A DNA stretch of 64,000 bases, taken from NCBI GenBank assembly GCA_037146775.1, contig JBAWWL010000009.1, positions 4,575 through 68,574 on the forward strand, in the 5' to 3' direction. A program made the translations under genes and the position numbers. The DNA is from Candidatus Omnitrophota bacterium (lineage in GTDB: Bacteria; Omnitrophota; Gorgyraeia; Duberdicusellales; 4484-171). The number at the start of each line of letters is the position of its first letter. The first letter of the stretch is position 1. Shown here one piece after another: positions 14,301 to 23,300 of the stretch. The notes under the pieces were generated by a model, which did no database searches, was not told where the DNA came from, and saw nothing but the letters and a program-made list of their open reading frames with translations.

Positions 14301-17300
14301 CACCATGGGGCTGCTGGCGCTTGATCCAGCCGGCTTCATCCTGGCCATCCGAGCTAAAAACATTGCTCTAGTGATACTGATGATATCAGTCTCGGAACGC
14401 TCCATACAATATGTTGCGGGGATATTGGCGGCTAAAATCGCCGGCGCATCTCTGCGCACGTTTCCGGTAAGGATAGTTATCTGGCCCTGGCCAAAATCTT
14501 TACGATTAAAAGGATTGCTCTCGTCAGTAGAACCGTATTCTAAGCCTAGACGATATGCTCTCGCCATAATATTTGGCGACAGCCACTGCATAACTTTAAG
14601 CCGCGTATCAATTTCATTAATAATATCACCGACCTTGTCGATACTGCGATTCTGCCAATAAGGAGGTTCGCGCAGCTCCACTCCGCGTTTGGCCGCTGGG
14701 TTAATTCTTAAACTGCCGCGGAAAAGCGATAATTCCGTTTCATTATTCAAAGTATACTCCTCCTGCTGGCAGCCAATAATATCTAAAAACACTCTGGCGA
14801 TAGTGGTTTTTCCGCCGCCAGGTAAGCCTTGCAAATATATTACTTTGGAAGGTGAGTAGCGGTAAACTCTGGCTAAAAGACAAAACACTTTCTCCTCGGA
14901 ATTAGTTAGAAAATAATCTTTAGGAAGAACCGCTTTTAGGGCTTCACTAAACGCCGGAACTCTTCCGTCAGTGGCCAATCTCTCGGCGACATGTTTTCCG
15001 AAACGGCTTTCTGGATCAATATCTACTTTTATACCGGCAAATACACTTGTCTTTCCGTCAGCAGAAATCTCAACTGATCCCCGGGGCGCATCGCCAACGA
15101 CACTTCGTAGGGCATTAATAACTTCTGCTTCCTGTAAATCAGAAAATTTTGCCGCCAAATGCATTGCCGCTTCCTGCCTGGCTACCTCAAGTAGCGGCAC
15201 CGTAAAATTGTTATCATTCATCCTGCCGCGCACATAATAAGCAATCTGTACGACATCCTGCACGTTAACCTTATCACCAAATACACGCGACTCTTTAATT
15301 TTTGCGTAAACATTATTTACCAGAAAGTCAGCAACTTCTGCCGTTACGCCAACTCTTAGGGCTAAATATTGCTGTATCTCTTTAGCTTCTAATTCCGCTA
15401 AATAATACCCGGCAGTTCTATCCATGAATGACTCATCGCCGATATCTGCGCTACGCTCCATGGTCAGCACTACTTGCAGGTTATCCGGCAAATTTACTTC
15501 TACTTGCTTACGCCCGCTTACGCTTTCAGCGCGGCGAAGCATAACTTTACGCTCCAGTAACATTTGATGCAAAGAAATACGTACGTCTCCTGACCAAAAG
15601 TTAGGATTCTCTAACACGAAATATACTTGTTTATCAGAATGCGCCAAAGCAAAATCTATAGCCCGCGCTATGGCGCCATCCACAAAATCCATTTCTCCAT
15701 TTGCATCCGGTTGCTCCTTACCAAACAATTCATTGCGTTGGCTAAAACCGCTGATAGTAACCGGGATTACTTCGCTATTGGGCTTACCCGCGCTATCAGC
15801 TTCTTGAGAAAGAGCATCTACTACCACATCTGTAAAATGCCCGGCTGGCACAAAAACAAATAACGGCATATCGCAGGCGCGCGCACGTTCTGCTGCTGCG
15901 CTAAGTTTGCGGTAACTCGGCAGACCGGGTACACTTTTGACCTCTTCTGCTTCCGGACCTAACTTTTGTTCATCCATTTGGAACCTGCCATAATCAAACA
16001 GTTCCAACATCTTATAACGGTTAACTTCGCTGCCGCGCTCAACACCCGCCTCTAAAAACAAATCCTTAAATGCCGGCCTTCTAAAAACTCCCTCTAGCAC
16101 CTCAGCAAACTGTTGTCTGCTTTCCCAAGGAACAAACCGGCCATATATCCCAATCGCTACCATTGCGAAATAGTCAAATACACGGGATTTGGCCAAACGC
16201 ATATCGTGTAAATACCAGCGGCTAAATATTTTCCTAAAACGCATAGATTCGCGGTAACTTACTTCACCCACTGTCTGTAACCTGTGACTTTTTCTGGCTT
16301 CAATAATACTTTCGGTCAATTCCCGGCTTAAACGTTTAATCCTTATTGCCTCATCAGTAGTAAGTTTTGAGCGCTCGCCCATCAACCGCCGGATATAATT
16401 GCGCAAAAATGACTCATGCTTCAGCGTAAGTTCTGTTCTGGTTATTTCAGGATCAAAAAGTTTTGGAAATTCTGTCCTAAACTTAGTCGGAGACAATCCT
16501 TCCCGGGCGACAGGAAATCTTGCGGAAAGATTATGATATATGCCATCAACGAATTGAGGTTTTCTAACCTTTTCCATCAAAAGCTCTTTCTGCTTAAGAC
16601 GTAATATTGCGGTAATTTCTGAGGATAACAACTCCACAATCGCAATCCATTCTCCTCGATAACTCAAGTTTCCAAAAAGCCCGTCAAAGGCAGCCACAGA
16701 AATGCTTCGCACTGCATCAACCTGTCTGGCGGCGACTAAGTCTGTAAGCCAAATAGTAATATCTTCCGGCTTTGCTGTATCATTATCCATTGCTGCTTGA
16801 GCTAACTGAACAGCTCGCGACCAATCCTGTTCATGGATAGCTTCGCTTACGGTTGCAGTTTGGCTAAGCGCACTAGAAGCTTTACTTGGCCTTAAACTTT
16901 CCTCTACCGGACTTTCGATATACTTTCCTGGATGCCGGTGAAAATCTGCGTAGTTAGCATCCATGAATTGCTTGAATTCTTCCCAATCTAAAGTATAGTG
17001 ACTAAGATATTGCTGCAAGTTAGTACGGGTTAATTCGCTAAATGGGGCGGCAGGAAGCACAATACCTCGGGCTAAAGCATCGGCGTAATAGATTCTATTT
17101 TTAAGCCTTACTGCAAGCAGAGCTTGTTCAGCAGGATCAGTATTGACTACCACCGCCGCATAGTCGTCGCGGTATTGTTCCTGCATCAATAATTGTCTGT
17201 TAATACTGTTTAAGATTACCGGCCAGTCGAATTCATCTTTTTGGACTCCTACAGTAAAATCTGTCTCTGGATGTTTATTTAAATATTCTTTCACTATTGA

Positions 17301-20300
17301 CGCGGCCTCAACAAGAAAACCTTTATTGGAGAATGAACGTATCCAGGAATATACTTCAGAAGGAGACAACCATTGAGGATCTGCTTCCAATATTGGATTA
17401 ACTATTGAAACTATAGCGCTTCTGGCAAGTCCTCTATCTAATAAAAATTCTATAGCCTGCTTAGCATAAGACAAATTCTTCTGGCTACCGCGACTTGCCC
17501 GGCCTAAAATAAAAGCAAGCTCATGAGCCACACCAGCTGAACTTGTTTCCTTTAAAGCAGAGAGAGTTTCTTCTAAAATCGAGCTGTTTGTGTTTCTGGC
17601 CTTTTCTAATACATCACGAATATTCTGAAGAACACCAAGATCATTAACCCTTTCCATGGTAGCGACTAAATCTTTTATTTGCGTGCTAGTAAGCGCCATG
17701 GAACGTGTATTCTCTAATATCTGCTGCAATGCCCAGGCAAACGGCACGATAACATTCTGGTCGCTGGATTCTGTAATACCACTCACTAATTTATTAAAAA
17801 ATACATAATTATTGCTTGCTATCGCCCCTATTACTTTTGAAAATTCCCTCCGACTGCGAAAATCTAACTTTTTTTGCCTTAAAATATCAAGTATACGGTC
17901 TGCCTCACTCTCGCTAAGCTGTGAAGCCATACCACGAAATGCATCACTAAATGCATCAAAAAGTTTCATCCGCATAGGATCGTTATCTATTCCGACTCCT
18001 ACCTCACCTATGGCGCTGTATATTTTTTCTGCCAGCATAGGGTTATCAATCATCGCCCGCCTTAACGCGGTTATACTCGATTTATGCGTAGCGTCATCTT
18101 TTGCTGTCTTTATTGCATCCAAAAGCTGCTGAACTTGTTGTGTTATTCTCCAATCGTCACTCGTCGGGCTTGAAGCGCCTTGAGTTTTTATCGTAGATTC
18201 TGGCACTGCGCTCGATGCCTTCTCTGGTCTTAATTTTTCCTCTGCCGGGCTCATCATGAATCTTTCCGGATACTGGTGGAAGTCTGCATAGTTAGTATCC
18301 ATAAATTGTTTAAACTCTTTCCAACCCAAGGTATAGCGACTAAGATAATGCTGCAGGTTGGTTAGGGTTATTTCGCCAAAAGGAGTTACTGGAAGGCTAA
18401 CCCCCCTGACTAAAGCATCAGCATGATAGATTTTGTTTTTAAGTTGTACCGCGAGTAGAGTTTGTTCGGTAGAGTCAGCATTAGCTACTACTGCCGAATA
18501 AACTATTGCTGTATAGTCATGATAATACTGCCCTTGCGTGAGCAAGTTACGGTCAATACCAGATAAAACAATCGACCAATCATTTTCTTGTTTATCAGCT
18601 TCTTTGACTAAAAAGTTGCTATACGCTAAAAATACTTTTATCGCTTCAGTCGCTGCACGTTTAATAGCTTCAGAAGCCTGTGAAGTAATAATCCCTTTTA
18701 AAGTTTCAAGAAGTTCTTCTATGACAGTAACTGCAGCCTGGCTGCCTTTAGAAGCAGCATTACTTAATGCTGAAATTGCCGCTTTTTTTATCCTTTCCGA
18801 ACCATAATTAGTAATGATATTTTTTAGAATTACAGTAAGCTCTCCTATGGCACTAATCGCAGCTTGACCGTCATCATAAGCAACAGCATCCAAGCCTTCA
18901 ATTGCCGTTGCCCTCGTATTTTCTGCAATCGCGGAAGTGACAATCTCCTTAAGCGCGTCGACAGCAAAATTGCTACCACCAGAAACCGCGGCTCTTAAAG
19001 CGTTTATTGCTGGAACATTGATAGTTTCTGAGTTCTGAGAAATAGCTATATCTTTAAGCGCATTAACTGCAGATTGATTATTTCGGCTGGCAGCGATCTT
19101 TAATGCTTGCATTGCTGTCTCAACGAAATTTTGGTGTGAATTTTGCAAATTTAGAGACATAATCATGCCCTTTAATGTTGCGGAAACTTTTCCGATAACA
19201 GTAGCGGCAACCAACGATTGACTATTTTCAGCCACAGAGGCAGTACGTATTAATTCCACAATCACCTCAATCTTTTTTGCATCTGTATCAGCTTCATTGA
19301 ATTGTCTTTCCCACTCTGCTTGTGTTACTTCAACTGCACTGGAAACTTTACCTTTTGGTCTCAAGCTCTCTGTTTCCGGACTCTCGGTGTACTTTTGCGG
19401 ATGCTGGTGAAACTCTGTATAGTGAGCATCCATGAATTGTTTGAATTCTTCCCAAGATAAGGTATAGCGGCTGAGATACAAAGGAAGCTGTATCTTAGAT
19501 ATCTCTATAGGTTCAGGTACAGGATTAACACCTCTCATTTTCGCATCATCACAATAGACCCTTTGCTTAAGCTTAACGGCTAAAAGTTTTTGAGTTACTA
19601 AATCACTATTCGTTACCACTGCGAGATAGTCTTCAAGGTATTGTTGTTGCAAGAGAATACTTTTATCGATATGATTCAGGATAAGCGACCAGTCGGATTG
19701 GTCTTTAGCAGCTTCTTTAGCTAAGAAATCAGGGCTATGTTCTAAGAATATTTTTATCGCTTGAGTTGATATTTTTTTTATTTGCGCAGAAGCTTGAGAG
19801 GCAATAATACCTCTTAAAATATCGATAAGCTCACCCACAACGTCAGTAGCAGCCTGACTGCCCCCAGCAACAGCATTCCCTAAGTTATATATTGCTGATT
19901 GTTTGATATTTTCTGAAACTCTAGAAGTAATTATTTCTTTAAGAGTATTGGCAGCAGCTTGACTATTTCCAGCAGCACCAGCTCCTAATGCTTGAATCAC
20001 TGTTGACTTTAAATCTGCTGAAGCTTGACCAAAAATGATTTCTTTTAAATTTGTAACCAGTTCTCCTATAGCGCTAATGGTAGGCTGATTGCCTCGATGA
20101 GCAGCGGCTCCTAGTGTTTGGATTGCCGATTGCTTTAAAGCTTCAGAAAACTGGCCAGTGATGATTGCTTTTATATTTGTAGCCAGCTCTCCTACAGCAA
20201 CAACAGATGGTTGATTGCCCATAAAAGCAGCGACTCCTAGTGTTTGGATTACTGCTTGTTTTAAAGATTCAGAAGACTGGCCAGTGATGATTGCTTTCAG

Positions 20301-23300
20301 ATTTGTAGCCAACTCTCCTATAGCATCCATGGCAGGTTGACGGCCGCGAGCGGCAGCCATATTCAATGCTAAGATTGCTTCTTGCTTTACAATCTCGGAA
20401 GTTTCAGAGGTAATTATGTCCTTAAGCGCATCAATAGCAACCTGACCACCTCGATGGGCAGCGGCTGCTAATGCTCCGACTGCTGATTGTTTTATGGTCT
20501 CGGGAATTTGCGAGGCAACGATTTCTTTAAGTGCATCGACGGCAAGCTTACTACCTTCCGAAGCAGCAGCTGCTAATGTCAGGTTTGCTGCTTCTTTTAT
20601 GCCCGCTGAAGCTTGACCGGTAATGATATCTTTTAGCTTATTAGCCAGTTCTCCTACGGCGCCAATGGCGGTTTGACTGCCTTGAAGAGTAGCTTTTTTC
20701 AATCTATTAATTACCTCAATCTTCTTTATTTCTGTATCCGCTTCACCAAATTGTCTTTCCCACTCTGCTTGTGTTACTTCAATAGTGCTAGAAGCTTTTC
20801 CTCTTGGCCTCAAACTCTCATCCGCTGGACTTGCAGTATATTTTTCTGGATGCTGGTGAAAACCTAGATAGTAGGTATCCATGAATTCTTTAAATTCTTC
20901 CCAAGATAAGGTGTAGTGGCTAAGATAATACTGCAGGTTGGTTCTGGTTATTTCGCCAAAAGGAGTTGCTGGAAGTCTAACCCCCCTAGCTAAAGCATCG
21001 GTATGATAGATTCTATTTTTAAGTTGGACCGCTAGAAATGATTGTTCTAAAGAATCAACAGCTACCACCACGGCGACATAGCCATCACGGTATTGTTCTT
21101 GCATGAGCAAAGCTCTGTCGATGCTATTTAAAATTATCGGCCAGTCAACCTGCTGGTTGGCAATTTCATGGCTATGTAAATCACTTGCAGAATTTTTCTC
21201 AAGATATTCTTTAGCTAGTTTTTTAGCTTGATCAATAAAACCTCGCTCCATGAATAAACGTACCAGAGAATACATCTGAGAAGAATCAAAAGTTAGAGCT
21301 TTTGCTACGTTGACAAGGGCTGAAGCAAGTATATATAAAATATCGTTAGAAAGGTTCGCTAAGGCTTTTAAAAAATATATCGATAGTGCAGAATTATTAA
21401 CAAGCGCCTGGCTAACAGTTGCTGCAATAGTACCGCGAGTATCTTCAGAGTTATCCCCACGCTTGATAGCTGTAAGAAGAATATCAAGCTGTTCAGGCGT
21501 AAGCTGAAGAGTCCTTGCGTCACATAGTGCTAAATAAATTATCCCGGCTGCATCAATACGATTCTTATCATTAATATCATTGCGTTTTAATTCCTCAAGC
21601 GCCGACGGCAAAAGTTCGTGGTTATTAAACAGCGCCCTGCTAGCTGCTAGAGCGATATTGTTGTGCGCATCGTTACCGCGCTCCTCACTTTTCAAAGCAG
21701 CGACAAGAACACCAAACTGTATGGGCGTCAATTTGAGGCTTGAATTGTTATACAATGTGCGGTTGAGTAAACGAGCAATTTCTTGGTGCGTATTCTTTGA
21801 GTTATCTGGGCGTTGAAAGACTGCAAAGATACTACGCAAATGGTCATGGGTAGGCTTAATCATCCGAGCATCACATAACGCCAGATCTATCGCTTTTATA
21901 AAATCATAGCGGTTTTTATCAGTGATATCATCACGCTTTATTTCATCGAATGCCAAAGATAAAAGTCCTAGATTATTCACTAGTACCAAATGTATTGTTT
22001 CAGCAATTATCTCAATGGTCTTCTTAGAATTATTTGGTTGTTTTATGGCAGAAAAAATAATACTCAACTGCTCCGGTGTTGTCACAACAACGCTATGGCC
22101 ATTTAATATTTGACTGAGCGCCAAAGTAACTTGCGCCCGCTCAGTTTCATCTTGCGCCTGGCTAAGCTTATCAAAGTTAGTATCGAGTTCCCCCTGAGCA
22201 GTTAATGCCGACGATACCACCGGCCCCTTCACTTGGGCTATTGTTTCCTGGACTTTCTCTTCTAACCCCGAGCCCGTATCCAGCATCACCTCTAAATTAA
22301 AGCTCTTGCCTTTATTTGATGAGATTACCCTACTCGGATCATTGGTGATGGTAAGCGCGCTGGAAGCTTTGGTAAAATCACAGCCACCGGAGTAGTAGCG
22401 GCGGTTGATGTTCTGCTGGGTATTGGTATCGAATTCGTCTTTGATGTAGTTGTAGACGCCTTGTCTGTAGGCAGAGAGGTATTGTTTGTAGATCTTCTCT
22501 TTGATTTGTTTATCGGGGGTATCGATACCTTTAGTCTTTTTCCGGTTAACATAGATCTGACCGACTAAGCTTTCTTTGAGCTGCTTTTTAAACCATACGG
22601 AAAGAATTAAAGAGTTGTAGACCTGCCGTAAAGGAGCGAAGTTTTTGCCTTGATTGACTTCTTTTTCGATCTCAGGCAGGATGAGTTCTTTTAAGACTTC
22701 AGAGGAAACCTTGTTTAAGGCTTTTACTTTGTCTTCTTTGATCTTGGAGGTGCTATATTCCTGGTTATTGAGGTTGTTTTTGAGTGCCAGGTAGTCTTCT
22801 TCCAGCATGACTTTGAGCTTACTCTCTACCACAAAGGCGCTTGAATCTTCCTGATAGACCACCGCTTTATCCGGGACAATCCAGATCTTGTTGAAGGTAT
22901 TAATCGGTAGTTCAGTGGTACCATAGAGCTGGTAGACTTTCTTGTATACCTTCTCCCAGAACTGTTTACCTAGAGGACTCTCCGGATAAGTGATAGAAGC
23001 CATTAATTGTTTTAAGATGTAGTCTTCGGCAAGTAGGTCTTTACCCAGCTCCGTAATACCCAGTTCCTGGGGGATGACTCGTTCTTTTTCATAGGGTGAG
23101 AGGTTAACCCAGAGGTCTTCTTCCGGTATGGTTAAAGAGGCCAAGAAGTGCTTGATCAGTTTCTCTGAACTCTGTTTTAGTTCTTTTTGGCTAGAAGTGC
23201 TGTCTCCGCTATCCAGGATAAAGTCAAACTTGAAAGGCTCATCAGGATAGACTTTGATTCCTTTTAAAACCAGAGGGTTGAAAGCCGGGCTTACTTCCAA

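Noticed and set aside
2355-21146. Recurring DNA repeats as a possible CRISPR array or DGR template/variable repeats
   Set aside because: Units are ~360 bp, in frame and kilobases apart. Differences are not adenine-specific as far as I can see, and there is no cas or reverse transcriptase gene in the window.
1264-22552. Many short (60-257 aa) ORFs in the track within 1-23 kb, including 13888..14661 (+)
   Set aside because: They are antisense or alternate-frame shadows of the giant minus-strand ORF. They show no recognisable motifs, and similar ones recur only because the underlying repeat recurs.
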